This document shows positions 19,601-28,900 of a stretch of DNA of 54,878 nucleotides, in pieces. Below the pieces are notes generated by a model. That model searched no databases. It worked only from the letters and a program-made list of their open reading frames with translations, and was not told the DNA's origin. The stretch's first letter is position 1. The number at the start of each line of letters is the position of its first letter. The DNA lies in IMG/VR virus record IMGVR_UViG_3300030099_002160, positions 1 through 54,878 of that record. One strand, written 5' to 3'. Position numbers and translations under genes: made by a program. The DNA comes from a virus (lineage: Duplodnaviria; Caudoviricetes).

Positions 19601-22548
19601 GCAGTACCACCGACACCCACTCTAGTACCTACTACACCTAATGCAAGACCACCCTTACCAACCTTTTCATATACAGACATAAGTGCTTTAGTATATTTAT
19701 TAGACTTAACCATCTGCTTAAACATGTTCTGAACAAAACCTTCAGCAGCACCCATTCTCCAATTTACAACATCTCCAGACGTAGCTTCAAATGCAGCGGC
19801 ACCTGTAATCATGTCCTTAGCCATGTCAAATACAAAAGCCCCAACAGGTGTTGATGTGGCTGCATTCTCTAGTTTTGCAAACTTAGGTATCTTTGATAAA
19901 GATGTTATACCAGCTCTAGCCAATGGGTATGTCAACAAAAGTTCACCCATAATATAAAATGTAGATCCAGCACCTTGACCCAACATATCTGTAAGATCAG
20001 TTTCTCCAGCTTTACTTTGTAGTTCGGTAACAGGAATGTTTTTTTGTCTAGCTATATTAGCGTAATTGTTTTGAACATCGTTATCGGTAAAAATAGGAGA
20101 CTTAGTAAAAGATTCTTTGAATGACTCACCAATTTGACTAAGTAATCTAGAGTTTTTTATAGAGCCTTTTCTATTGTTCCAAGCTTTACCAGGATCTACA
20201 TTATAAGCTAATACATTTTCTACAGCCATCAAAGATGTTATGTTATTGTTATATTTACCTCTGAAGTTTACAAGGTAGTTTAACATAGCTTTAACATCTT
20301 CCTTTGAGCTACCTTTTAACGGTCCTATAATGTTTTTTATGATAGCACCCTGAAAGTTATTATCTAACTGTCTAAGTTTATTAAAAGCACCTATAGCGAT
20401 ACCTTCATCCTCTAATGATCTGTCTAAATACTCTTGTTGCATAGGTGTGCCAGCGTAAGGACCAGATCTAACTTTTTCTCTTAAACCTGCATCAAACAGA
20501 AAGTCTCTCATCTCGCTCAAAGTCATTTTAGCACCACTAGGTAGAGTCATTTTGTTATTAGCAAAAACATCTTCCATAAGTTGTTTCTGAGCGTAAAAGT
20601 CGTTACTCTGCTCGGTAAGCATACTAGCTATCGTGCCCTCATCATATCCAGTGTCATACAGTTTAAGATATTCTTTTTCTTTTAGACTTACACCTTGACC
20701 TATTTCTTTTAATCCTGGATCTACAGCTGCACCAGACTCATCAAATAAAGCTTCATCTTTTGTTCTTTTTTCTAGTCTTAGCTGTTCAATTCTAGAGTCT
20801 ATATCAGAGAGTGTGGTTGTTAGATTTGATAATCTTTTAGCGTCATCGCCTGTTTGCTCACCTTCACTAAGCTCTTGTATCTGTGATCTTATTTGATTTC
20901 TTCTATCAACAAGACCTTTTATCTTAAAGTAACTATTTTCTGTATAATCATCAACAGAAGCAACTGAGCCTATTAGTGTTATTTGATCGTTTATAGTAAA
21001 CAGTGTAGATACTACTTTTGTTTTTTGATCGTCATATCTATCCTGCATAGAGTTTAATCCTGTGATGTAAGCTTCATTACCAAGCATATCCTCCTTACTA
21101 GAAAACTTACCATTTTCTTTTATGAAGTCTGTTGTATAGTTATTTAGCTTTGTATTTATTTTGTAAGGATCTAACAACTCATTATTTGCAGCTCTTCTAG
21201 GAGTTTCTAAATCTACATCTCTATATATGTTTTCATTAGGATCAACTAAGTTTTTATATAAATCATCTGGTGTAAACACTAAGTCTACCTGTGTATCTTT
21301 TAATTTTAAATTAGAAGTTTTTGGATGATTAACAAAGTATCTAGCAGAAGTAGAACTAGCATTATCTAATATATTTTTGTATAAGTTTTCCTTGTGTAAG
21401 TTATACACTTCTAATACCTTTTGATTATCAAGATATTTATTTTGGTTTTCAGTAGACAAGTCATCAATACTACCTTCAGCTAGTAATTCTTTTTGTTGTT
21501 TCTCTAGTCTACTTATTTCCGCATTCATATTCATGTAAGACTCAAACTGAGCTAGTCCTTTAGAATTAACAGGTAGTGACCCATCATCCTCTATCTCATC
21601 GCTCATCAAATCTTTTAACATGCTTACACCACTTTTTCTTAGTGGTTTTAATATTTTACCTACCGTAGTTTTAGCTTGATTTGGATAGATACCTATTTTG
21701 TTTTTAGGTATCATAAATATATCATCATCTGAGTTGTTGTCGTACAATCTCATTATGTTCTTACCTCTGTCAGATATTTTTAAAGAGTTGTCAAACTCTA
21801 TATCAACAGATTCAGCTGGCTCAAAGAAATTACCTGGCTTAGTGATTACTTTAGCATTTGTCTTAGTAGGACTTTCAGGATCCTCATCCTCTAATAAATA
21901 ATCAAAGTTTGCGTTTGGTGCCTTAGAGTAAAGATCTAGAGACTTAAATACAGATGTTGTGTCCTTTGGGTTTTCGTAATATTTTTTAAAGTCAGTATCG
22001 TCTTTTATTTTGTTAAGATTATTTTTAACCTCTTCACTTTTTCGTGACTTGTTTAGGTTTTTAATATCTATTTCTTCTTGATACTTTAGTTTTAAAGACT
22101 CTTTGATAGCTTGCGGCACTAGATCTTCGAATACTATAACACCATCCTTGGAGTAGTTACCACCTATGGGGTCGTAGTCCCACACGTCTTGATCACTATC
22201 ATCAAGTGGACCAATGGGTCTTGTATCTACAGAAGCTCCTTCCTGTGCCTTAAACGGTTTTTTTGTTGCCGACTGCCCCGATTCTCCAGTTGCCGATCCT
22301 AATAAACCATTTGCCGAATCTTTTTTTTTTAACCCATACCTGTTTTTGATTTGATTCATTTGATCTTTAGTAGGGTGTTTACCTACTAATCCTGAGTACA
22401 TGCCCATGATCATATTGTCATAGTCACCATCAAAATTCATTAATATTGAATCAATCTGGTATTGGTTTGGAGTTTTCTTGGTTAATTGCTTGTAAAAGTC
22501 TTTTATAAACTTTACAGCTCTTTTATCATTTTGATAAACTATTGCCAT
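10684..22548 (-). CDS. giant (3954 aa) polyvalent virion cargo / ejection protein
   Basis: last of three genes after the tail genes; Gly/Ala hydrophobic segment near aa 850-1050; HhH-like domain; LPD38-like helical C-terminal region (ELMGRLA...DYANFNGGG...AYLNAGLQ). Confidence 0.75.
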   Translation of the reverse strand: MAIVYQNDKRAVKFIKDFYKQLTKKTPNQYQIDSILMNFDGDYDNMIMGMYSGLVGKHPTKDQMNQIKNRYGLKKKDSANGLLGSATGESGQSATKKPFKAQEGASVDTRPIGPLDDSDQDVWDYDPIGGNYSKDGVIVFEDLVPQAIKESLKLKYQEEIDIKNLNKSRKSEEVKNNLNKIKDDTDFKKYYENPKDTTSVFKSLDLYSKAPNANFDYLLEDEDPESPTKTNAKVITKPGNFFEPAESVDIEFDNSLKISDRGKNIMRLYDNNSDDDIFMIPKNKIGIYPNQAKTTVGKILKPLRKSGVSMLKDLMSDEIEDDGSLPVNSKGLAQFESYMNMNAEISRLEKQQKELLAEGSIDDLSTENQNKYLDNQKVLEVYNLHKENLYKNILDNASSTSARYFVNHPKTSNLKLKDTQVDLVFTPDDLYKNLVDPNENIYRDVDLETPRRAANNELLDPYKINTKLNNYTTDFIKENGKFSSKEDMLGNEAYITGLNSMQDRYDDQKTKVVSTLFTINDQITLIGSVASVDDYTENSYFKIKGLVDRRNQIRSQIQELSEGEQTGDDAKRLSNLTTTLSDIDSRIEQLRLEKRTKDEALFDESGAAVDPGLKEIGQGVSLKEKEYLKLYDTGYDEGTIASMLTEQSNDFYAQKQLMEDVFANNKMTLPSGAKMTLSEMRDFLFDAGLREKVRSGPYAGTPMQQEYLDRSLEDEGIAIGAFNKLRQLDNNFQGAIIKNIIGPLKGSSKEDVKAMLNYLVNFRGKYNNNITSLMAVENVLAYNVDPGKAWNNRKGSIKNSRLLSQIGESFKESFTKSPIFTDNDVQNNYANIARQKNIPVTELQSKAGETDLTDMLGQGAGSTFYIMGELLLTYPLARAGITSLSKIPKFAKLENAATSTPVGAFVFDMAKDMITGAAAFEATSGDVVNWRMGAAEGFVQNMFKQMVKSNKYTKALMSVYEKVGKGGLALGVVGTRVGVGGTAELFAEYAGEFTDNLDKMGFDYKKAFAKTIGETKDEKINKLITTAIMCYGMSSAFTLATARGIDAQLEQMIQDYNDGNIDLSDVDYTAITKYLESVEQYKNSAFGEEVKALLDSDYQTAKEGTPDALKLLNAPSGRYSVNGKDVTKRAMESLINDPTFIQKIKNGSINLRIDDDLDLEKQIDEKFQNTMMIRTDKDGTDYGLTALEANEQEKKDINAADKLIKESLSRPVKESIDQYSKDELYLRMANTEDLYKVYYAGVKSGDWDSVNNFVNNTFNFTKDQLDELKDRFDSDVEEEAEYNRKEKKDLFPDKTDSRNYADALDKFYQDLNIKTNYDLFYNNDLPTNIFRNITEKVKSRYPDVESTIVLEAAANSLEGKPIEVSLTEQQSVIVNALVKEPTIYNISEVMALEVEDGGLNVSDPVDLLKTFTPVQDWMRDIKGMPKTVNKMFSYDYRTKTYKGIINNLNIELTKKPGEPAFVETRTGITMGRTKNEAYQNLVSLLDKNTTTFTSFAEALGRKSFSSTEAGKLMDLLGSARSANQSSIKDPFEPNNSTEAIDSMLKWIDERLEWLARNRDNTIKSDILMGLGTKDNWIALAEALLRSIRSGLKLGKGFSKAVNDAVSKLKMPDGSRISKTDLKNYFLWGQSNIYNKSVKEYELVKGNKKKFISAMEKKYPKQFRVEDVTELHKMIKRSKNPKTYENMYSGSRLKKYQSALKKVEDSNTYNENNPDKQLQPEEIVLNQAGYPKFTKGGKVAFKDFGFELLDAPIFNQNIDRTLTSEQQYQQKVKFTSNVIFSELQNLPAVVSQSGMNLNDFMNDSVGWYRNTREIVQEKFGPFANMYFELLGASSAQVTPEVNVQKTDEALRLYSQGKLNKALEIYDESVNYILKEYELGGMTLINAQNKMISASNDARIVEEIEKARNVLGSNGRPTSFGAVNGAIIRVLYGNWIGFEFADKTGTPEMLSKPALKTAQFYNNLSQRDHNATIDVWMGRFGRRALYDSAYKQTGSQPTGPVYWRRRQPQERGVSDPDFKFMQDVLRDLTSTRDLSSLFGVDNIEIEDVQAIIWQYEQTLWDTMGFRNIEKLTTMDSKIKANGTVERLSVGASAFIGQDKEMHMANVYNKLYPAIERGATDEELIQISMQTLKGSVRFDQAKKNMEEAIRSLNPLMSRVEITEGVYNNQAEPNITTEAVIPKGADISVIVNQAMDIGYYNGQTSVFVSRTTSQDHPNARPYRRIEFDSPLTDTDKEFLVNALNTSDISGYSFNYNQQKQIVGVEFQLVPEYAMNTKSFNNIDDIIGEENWINSQNKFDQDAESVREKLENNNIKINYFEKNYVNTKVFTNGEYKTIKEKDKSFDTDLRSELTRRQSTLDLGFAAEDISDVRKRHGEDARSVPRFQKLITLAEKLDALYNSMLKEGHLYSDFGFRQAFMTAIKLASISLRTTANVGHAIDRAIKYLKDTGQHTSELEFSIKEFFKNEIFDDYHLHEQNPKTSIGDVEVTEESALTEEEQKELDEKETLLDQQSVPSINSSKPDGYTSEEVNKLDKVLESNIDNSYRNKSTNAIFTYFLSQAQQAVAKFKAGQVGSLRSKLMEGSVDSRYFIRKSLELAARKYDLEPQAMDNLMSLIRWNNSPGTARHYADKFSNPIFYKMSNDQIRELGTIMLLRRVIVLDDEFDRRKLVLDEVIKEINQKYEDINTLKDSRDEAKGIMGPPTEESKDITRQIRQTERDIRILVTQAKNLYPFSEKGEDGKIKDKRVKMDLVFEKSDFGFRPSEYKLVLVENGEYVKDGFMEVEVPPGLEMKNIEGDLNINPWRLLHPKLSLDGQPRTGEVLSKETAQAILDSKKTKPDFEFLNKKADEVFSVHKDLLKRKWEGGLIDNITYANLKDLDYIPRRFIHHSVISEDNVINIKMPGTVKVHNVANPLKEIGLGSDEVLFTDPVKLLEGNIGSTFSILATNEAINSIYNTISIIEKAQSETNPKRFGLARRIFGEYENNPIPVSEVVGYTVTKDRPYVPEYTNSINGATNQYYLVPVRINGDVKKMALTEEAYQSLFNRPGLSQNIDSLLTVPGVGAALRFNATLANYLKTFATGNLGIFFFLNNARLDMTQQVQFSDSYNYNFWNRLFLPLKYFNAVVDWASVSSEAFSHVLNVRGRLAKGTDVPTPLVDEYMLGGGNLDFFNTQGINSENGNVKAYKDPLEQYIDKLQKEQGLTYNQAVEAANQASLSGQIVLDPDDQPFSDPNKVNALRKTMEYFGSLNQWSELMGRLANTQRWKSTYIKKFKKENGRDPNEEEYKEIVRLAVGNAVDYANFNGGGNEIKSLDKKAGFAYLNAGLQVMYSRLKYAKKNKAQFFWDLAQSQFIFYAATAFSLSAAFRLYRDEDEKERIDKELDKNFMDQNQNKFNNIRSVKKLEKMYDKAITSGNTTDAEIINDLIKLREQEEDLLRQDKENTEYLYDKVSEYDKKNHTVVMLPWSGHDYLDPEKEQNLKIAIENMRLEYLENPTIELSERIRALEKERRQNTVTNPSYLKLPTDLSLDFIKLPAQDLAYQNITGRPSANTRKDYLDMFKKSMPIPTEGVLASNPGISAFYKIYKNYDLWREEQVWRGDPNVIGPLRMRNLSSEEDQLIKALATTFDYASDFLGDGRMVRNVVDPLANTQNLKEGLGSVFTNLDRNPWYQTFNNVYTVGGNVLRPDADKIETDKAFIEFTEDFFGPAKDRFIGKVDLTERDVDPLVENTKTLVNENANVNYVFDQYFRQVAKDMGVTYDSQNKTYVDKEGNIFTLPLDDNGELREEYRDKTLPEIMQTLDNVMVVEAVKKSVKELSKEPGFIETHVFDKNDWKRWLTGYHNNITYASIGDPTIVELVRQYRDGDKNRSAITRVLLQETSDKPGEINVAIGRAFDSMGIEITKDEEYNRYYKNARKVFREYKDVLRMPDGQEKKLDSIKKLPLATGFFFEDLIKDVNIPLD

Positions 22549-22574
22549 AATTTTATTTTAAATAATTAATATTT

Positions 22575-24725
22575 TTATCCTACGTTACCACCAAAGGTAA
22601 AGTCAAATACTGCGTCAGAAGTAATTTCATCACCCTTTTTTCTTTTAGTTCCACTTTCATCTAAGTAAAATATTCCAGTTTCATTAAGTCCTTCTATATA
22701 ATCTATATAATTTTTATAATCTTCATCAGTAGAAACTCTATTGTTTAGTGGGAAGAACATGTCTGCATTTCTAACAGTGTTTAATATAATGTCCATATCT
22801 TGAGCGTCCAAAGGTTGACCATTTATAATTATTTTACCATCTGGTCTTATGTCAGCCTCAATATTTTCTTTAAGTTTATCTTCATCTCTAGGTGTAAACT
22901 TACCAAACAAAGCAGGTATAATGATAGCATTATCAGCCTGTTCTTGACTGTCAAACACAAAGCTTGATCTACTGTTCTGCATATCCTCTGGTCTTCCTTG
23001 ATAAGCATCTGTATCATACTTAATAATTTCACCTGTTCTTTTATCTACAGCTATAGCTACAATAGCACCAGCATTTACTTTTCCAGAAACACCATTTAAG
23101 AGATCTCTGCTAAACTCTTCACCGCTAAACACAAAGCCAACATCATCTTTATTTCTTAACAATCTTTCATTACCAACATTAACAAAGTTATGAGTTCCAA
23201 ATGTAACATCTTGACCTTTTAATTGATCTCTACTTTCTAGTCTAAACTCTTGAATACCAACTGTGTTGCCTAATATTGAAGATCTACTACCCTTATTTTC
23301 ATTCCATTTAAATGTAGCTGGCACAGTACCTTGAGGAGCTGAACCCTGATCAAACTGAGCGTAACCAGTCATAAAGTCATTAAGAATCATTTCTGCTACT
23401 ACGTCTCTAGCATTTTCTATTCTCTGTCCCTTTTTCTCACCCCACTGATATTCTACATTATAATCACTAAACAGTTCACTATTTGACAATTTACCCAAAT
23501 CTCCATCTCCTTCTTTTACCATCTGTAAAAACACTCGAGTAAAACCTTCAGGCATCTGACCATTAGGATTAGCATCTCTATACATTCTTTCAGCAGCTTC
23601 CAATACAGCCCTGTTCATTACTCTATCTGTAAAAGAGTTTATTTCTTCGCCAAATGTTGCTTGTGTCACAGCTTGTTGTCTTAAATCAGATACTGCCTGA
23701 TTAGTCAAGTATTTATTAGGACTTATTTCGTTTGGTTGATCTAAAATATTACTGTAACTTAATTTATCTGCAAAATGAGATATGCCAAGTAGCTGTGTAG
23801 CTTGCTTACTTAGTTTTGCCTTATCAAATTTGCCCAGACTAAAGTAGTCGAAAAAATTTTCACCACCGTATTGAGGCACGTTTTTATCAGTAAAAGAAAA
23901 TTTGGTAGGATCCACCACCTCGTCCATTAAATCTTGATAAGCATATCTTATGGTGCCATCTTCATTTCTTAATGCCACTGGTTCTACACGTCCCCTACCA
24001 CCTTCTATACCTCCTCTATTCTTAAAAGCTCTAATTGGATTTCCATCCACGTCTACCATTACCTCTTCTCCTGTAGCTTCATCTTTAACAAAAACATATT
24101 GTTTGTTTTCTTCTGTACTACCCTCTGCTAGAGCGGCTTCTTGGTAGTAATCTTTATTACCACTATCGTGACCATACCACATGTAGCTTAGGTCTTGATA
24201 AGTTTGACCCTCTTTTAAATTAGCATCTAACATTGATTTGGTTAAAGGCACATCTATAGTTTTTAAGTTACTAAGATCATATACGGGCAGACCGTATTCA
24301 TCTACCTCAATAACCATAGCGTGGAACTCATTCATGTTCTTAACATAAGCCTGAGTGTGTAGTCCTATCTTATTTATTTCTATATCTCTAGTGTCACTGG
24401 CTGCACCTTTTATGGGGTCATATTCTCCAAAGTAGTTATCATCAGGAGTGTTTTTATCATATAACTCATTAACATTTTCTTTGTTATAAACATACTGAGC
24501 CTCTATAAGAGTGTTGTATAAGTCATTGAATTTTGCGTCAGCGTTTTCTTCTATATTAGGAGTCTTAAACGGAGAGTTCTTCATTTCTTTCTCACTCGGC
24601 TTTTTATCCTGAGCATACCTCTTCTTCATTAGAGCAAGTTTTTCCTTCTCTATGTCATTCAACTTAAAATTAGGTATCTGAAAACCGTCAGTTTTTACAA
24701 AAGCACCTCCTCCGTATAATCCCAT
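22575..24725 (-). CDS. probable ejected/internal virion protein (716 aa)
   Basis: synteny between tail genes and giant cargo gene; no motif recognised. Confidence 0.6.
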   Translation of the reverse strand: MGLYGGGAFVKTDGFQIPNFKLNDIEKEKLALMKKRYAQDKKPSEKEMKNSPFKTPNIEENADAKFNDLYNTLIEAQYVYNKENVNELYDKNTPDDNYFGEYDPIKGAASDTRDIEINKIGLHTQAYVKNMNEFHAMVIEVDEYGLPVYDLSNLKTIDVPLTKSMLDANLKEGQTYQDLSYMWYGHDSGNKDYYQEAALAEGSTEENKQYVFVKDEATGEEVMVDVDGNPIRAFKNRGGIEGGRGRVEPVALRNEDGTIRYAYQDLMDEVVDPTKFSFTDKNVPQYGGENFFDYFSLGKFDKAKLSKQATQLLGISHFADKLSYSNILDQPNEISPNKYLTNQAVSDLRQQAVTQATFGEEINSFTDRVMNRAVLEAAERMYRDANPNGQMPEGFTRVFLQMVKEGDGDLGKLSNSELFSDYNVEYQWGEKKGQRIENARDVVAEMILNDFMTGYAQFDQGSAPQGTVPATFKWNENKGSRSSILGNTVGIQEFRLESRDQLKGQDVTFGTHNFVNVGNERLLRNKDDVGFVFSGEEFSRDLLNGVSGKVNAGAIVAIAVDKRTGEIIKYDTDAYQGRPEDMQNSRSSFVFDSQEQADNAIIIPALFGKFTPRDEDKLKENIEADIRPDGKIIINGQPLDAQDMDIILNTVRNADMFFPLNNRVSTDEDYKNYIDYIEGLNETGIFYLDESGTKRKKGDEITSDAVFDFTFGGNVG

Positions 24726-24726
24726 A

Positions 24727-25905
24727 TTAGTATGTCATTTTAGATTTAGGCTTGTAAACCCTAGAGCCTTTTTTAGCTTTCATAGATTCTTTGCCCATCA
24801 TTTTTTCTTTATGTTCTTTAGCTTTTTGTTCATATTTAACAAATAGTCCTTTTAGCTTATTAAAAACACCTTTAGCATCATTATTAGCTATTAGAGATTC
24901 AAACTCTTCTACATCGTCTGGAGGCATTATAATCTCTCCACCTGTCATCTCTCCTATCTTTTCATCTTTACCACTAGGTCTTTTTTGTACTAAGTCTATA
25001 GGGTTCTCTTTGTGAGAAAACTTACCTGGAGATATATCTGGCTCACCAGCCTTTATCATATCCGAGTCACCCCCTTCTTCATAGTTCTTCATGTTAGCCC
25101 CTTCTTCCATGTTAGGAACTTTTGATCCCTCTTCACTCAAAGGAGTTAGAACATCTGCTGCTGCTGTCATTAGACCACTCACTACATCACCATAGGCTTC
25201 AGCTTGTTGTCCAAATAGATTTACCTGAGCTTCTAATATATCTCCTTGAACCGTTCCATATGCCTCTGTTAAGTCTCCAAAAACACCAGCTTCTCCTTGA
25301 AACTGAGCTATACCAGCTTGAGTGTCTTGTGCCGAGCCAGCAGTGGTAGCACCTACTATTTGTTGTAAAGCTGTCATGTCTTGTTTTGACTGAAGTGCTT
25401 TATCTTTCTGCTCTATCTGAGCTCCCACCTGTTGAGTCTTTAACGCTCCTGTGTCAGCAGCATCTAAAACACCTTTTAGACCACCCGTTCTACCAGTTCT
25501 ACTAAGAGCCTGCACACCAGTTCCAGCTAATCTTTCTTGCATGTCTGTACGATCCTCAACAAACTCCGTAGACGTGGGCTTTATAGGCTTTAACATACCA
25601 GGTATTTTACCAGGTAAATCCTGAAGTTCAGCTGAAGCTCCTGGAGGAGATGTCACGTTGGTATTAAAAGCGTCCATACCTGTCTGAAGTATTCCCTCTT
25701 CTCCACTCAAACTTATTTCACCTTGAAGATCTTCAAGTTTACCTTCTAAAATTTCAGCACTAAGAAGATTACCTACAGGATTACCTATAACATTTAGAAA
25801 AGACGCTAAATTAAAATAATTATCATCACCACTTTTCATCTTTTTGCCCTTATAAGACTTACCTCCCATTCTGTAATTAGGTGTATATGTTTTTTTCTTT
25901 TTCAT
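24727..25905 (-). CDS. probable ejected/pilot virion protein (392 aa)
   Basis: Gly/Ala/Gln-rich helices; GKFSHKENPID...GEMTGGEII motif; synteny. Confidence 0.65.
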   Translation of the reverse strand: MKKKKTYTPNYRMGGKSYKGKKMKSGDDNYFNLASFLNVIGNPVGNLLSAEILEGKLEDLQGEISLSGEEGILQTGMDAFNTNVTSPPGASAELQDLPGKIPGMLKPIKPTSTEFVEDRTDMQERLAGTGVQALSRTGRTGGLKGVLDAADTGALKTQQVGAQIEQKDKALQSKQDMTALQQIVGATTAGSAQDTQAGIAQFQGEAGVFGDLTEAYGTVQGDILEAQVNLFGQQAEAYGDVVSGLMTAAADVLTPLSEEGSKVPNMEEGANMKNYEEGGDSDMIKAGEPDISPGKFSHKENPIDLVQKRPSGKDEKIGEMTGGEIIMPPDDVEEFESLIANNDAKGVFNKLKGLFVKYEQKAKEHKEKMMGKESMKAKKGSRVYKPKSKMTY

Positions 25906-25910
25906 TTTTA

Positions 25911-25918
25911 CAAATATA
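25911..25918 (-). promoter_or_regulatory. Bacteroidota -7 promoter element
   Basis: TATATTTG 5 nt upstream of ATG 25905. Confidence 0.6.
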
Positions 25919-25941
25919 TTTATATTTTTTTACAATTCCTA

Positions 25942-28900
25942 TTAATCGTCACTTAGTTCACTGTTGAATATAGTAGCACTACCGCTAAATATTTCTAGTA
26001 GCTTTTTAGATCTTTTCTTTAACTTAACTTCCATAAATCTACCTTTCATTCTGTCACCTTCAGATATTGCTGGTCTTTTTATAAACAAAAACTGATTATC
26101 AAAAGGATCTACAGAAGAAGAAAGAACTAACACATTATCACTATTTATGTCAGATATAGTACCTACTAAAACATCTGAGGTGCCATCATTAAAAAATAAT
26201 TGATCTCCGTAGTCAGGACTGGTAACATCTGTAGATGTACCTAAAATTATATTGGCAGCTCCAAAGTTTGTGTTAGATCCAGCTATGACACCAATACCAG
26301 CGTCATTGTTAAGTCCAGTGCCAGCACCTAGTCCTATAATCTCTGATCCTGTGCTGTTAGTAGTTACAAAAGGTATTTGTGCGTACTGCTTGTTTTCTCT
26401 TTCATCAAAGACTCTTCTGTCAATAGATGTTTCTGTCATGTCCGTAATAAGGGTTAGATCATAACTACTTTTATCTTCTTCTTCTACTCCGTCTTCTGTT
26501 GACTCCACTTCTTGATTAGCTTCTAAAGTTATAGACTTAAAACCTTTTACCGTTGAAGGACCTTCATTAATAAAAAAGTCTAACTCTGTATTGTATGTGA
26601 CACCATAAAATGTATTGTGATTTTGATCGTCCATGTCATGTAGAAACAAAGCACCATTTTCCCAAGATGTAAATAATACATTTATCTTACCGTAGTAATC
26701 TGCTACGTGAGAATAGAATGTAATCCATCTTTTCTGTAACTCAGCCCAAGATACTACTTCTCCTGGAGCTAAAACATCTAAATCCTTATCCTCTGATTCC
26801 CAAGTGTCTACAGTTCCTAATACATCCCACTGTAATGGAGTATTGTCAAACTCATCACGTCTTCTTACAATTCTAGGAAACTGAATTATATATTCATCAT
26901 GCTTAGGGTTGAATCCACCTTTTATTCTAAAGTCCTTATGATTATCCTGTAGCATGGATCCAGTCACGTCACCATAACTTTCTTCCCACTTATATTCTGG
27001 ATTAAACACTTTGTATTCTTCAGACTTGTCTCTAAAGTAATCTATCATCTTGGCACTAGATATAGTGGTTATGCCATTTTGTTTTAGCCTTAGAGAAACA
27101 CCACTTCTTATATCTGTCCAGTAACATACGTTACCATCCACAACAAATGACTCTGGATTTTTACTTATACCATAATGCTCTGAATAAGCTTGTCTCTGAC
27201 CAAGAACTTTATTTGACACAGTAACATTTTTCTGATTGTCTGCTGTTAAAAGTATGTCTTTAGCTACAGGCACATTATATGTTTTGTCTTCGTGTATAAC
27301 TAACATGTTTGTGTCTCTAGCATATATCTTTTGTATACTGCCATCTATTTCGCTGTAGTGTTTTACATTATCAGTATTAGGATCAAAAGTGCTCAGACCA
27401 TTAAAACTTGTAGCTGGCTGATAAACATCAGAGTATGTGATAGAAGATATATTGTTAAACTCTTTAAAATATGGTGAGAACAAGTTGGCTCTACCAATGC
27501 TAAAGTGATTTGTGTTTATAAGATCATTACAGAAATAATCTTCTATGTAGAAGTTATTTGCTGGAGTCAACATATCTCTACTCTTGTAATAAACATCGCC
27601 TGTTAAAAACTGACCAGTAGCTGGACTGTTTGAAGTAAAGTTTCCAAAAGCATCCGCAGTACCACTAAAGCTTTGATCTGATGTGTCACCTAGGTGAGTT
27701 CCAAGAGGTTGTTGTACTTCATACAATTTACTAAACTCAAAGTATACTGTCTCATCTGGATCTGGCTCTTGCTTAGGTCTATATATCTCTACTATAGATC
27801 TAGTTATATTTGAAAAGTTTGATTTATTATATCCATCTACAACATTACCATCTGAGTCTAATACTTCATCTATTATCAAAAACCAAGCATCTTGTGAGCC
27901 ATCAGATGGAAGAGCGTTTAAACCAGAAGCATTAAGAATGGGAGCTGTAGGATCAGACTGTGAATAATATTCAAAAGCAGCTATTTTTACATCTATATAA
28001 GAAGGTGCTACATTTGCGTCTGTTGTATTTTCTCCTGCTGGACCTGGACCAGTTATAAATCTAATTCTATCTCCCTTTACAAAGTCATAATCAAATATTT
28101 CTTTCATAGGGTTAGGAACATTGTTTTCCGATAAAGGACTCGTAGATATATAAGATTCATCAGCACCTTTTAAGTTTCTTAAGCTAATAAATATTCTTGT
28201 ATCTGAAGATACAAAGTTGTTAACAAAGACATCACTAAGTCTAAACTGAACAAACTCATCTACAGTGTTGTTTCTAGAGTAATACCACCTGTAATATTTA
28301 GCCCAGCTAGGAGCTTTGTGAAATATACTCCATCCTATTGTTACCGCACCATAAAGACCTGCATCATTCGTACCACCAGGAGGATTGTCAGAAGAAGTTC
28401 TTTCACTAGGAAACTTAACATAAACTTGAGACTCATCATCTATCAAGACTGTTGAACATCTACCTCTTTCGTCAAAATAGACTAAACCAAAACTGTGAAA
28501 AGCTCCACTCTTAAAAGAAGAAACTCCACCACCTTCTAAAGAAATATCTACATCATCTTGATATGTTGGACCACCATAAGTCTTTGGATCTCCTTGAACA
28601 TAACCATACTGAGGCGTGGTTTTAATGTTTATCTTAGGCACATCAAATCCCTGTGTGTAGTTTCCGTAAGCTAATCTAGTGTTTCCAATAATAGTTTGTG
28701 TGTTTGCAGATCTAGGTACAGAGTCAAAAAGTCTATCTCCTGATCCAGCATCTATAAATCTATATAGTTGATCGTTGTAGAACGATATAGTTTGCTCTGA
28801 TAAATTGTCTATCTGCCAAGCACTAAAATCATTATTTATTTTTGCTATAGTGAAAAACTCACCTCTGTTACCCCTAGCTAAGTTGCCAAGATCTTTACAC

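Noticed and set aside
22423-22437. NFDGD in the giant protein as an RNA polymerase catalytic motif
   Set aside because: It lies at about aa 38-42 in a small helical N-terminal domain, has Asn instead of the first Asp and has no beta-barrel context
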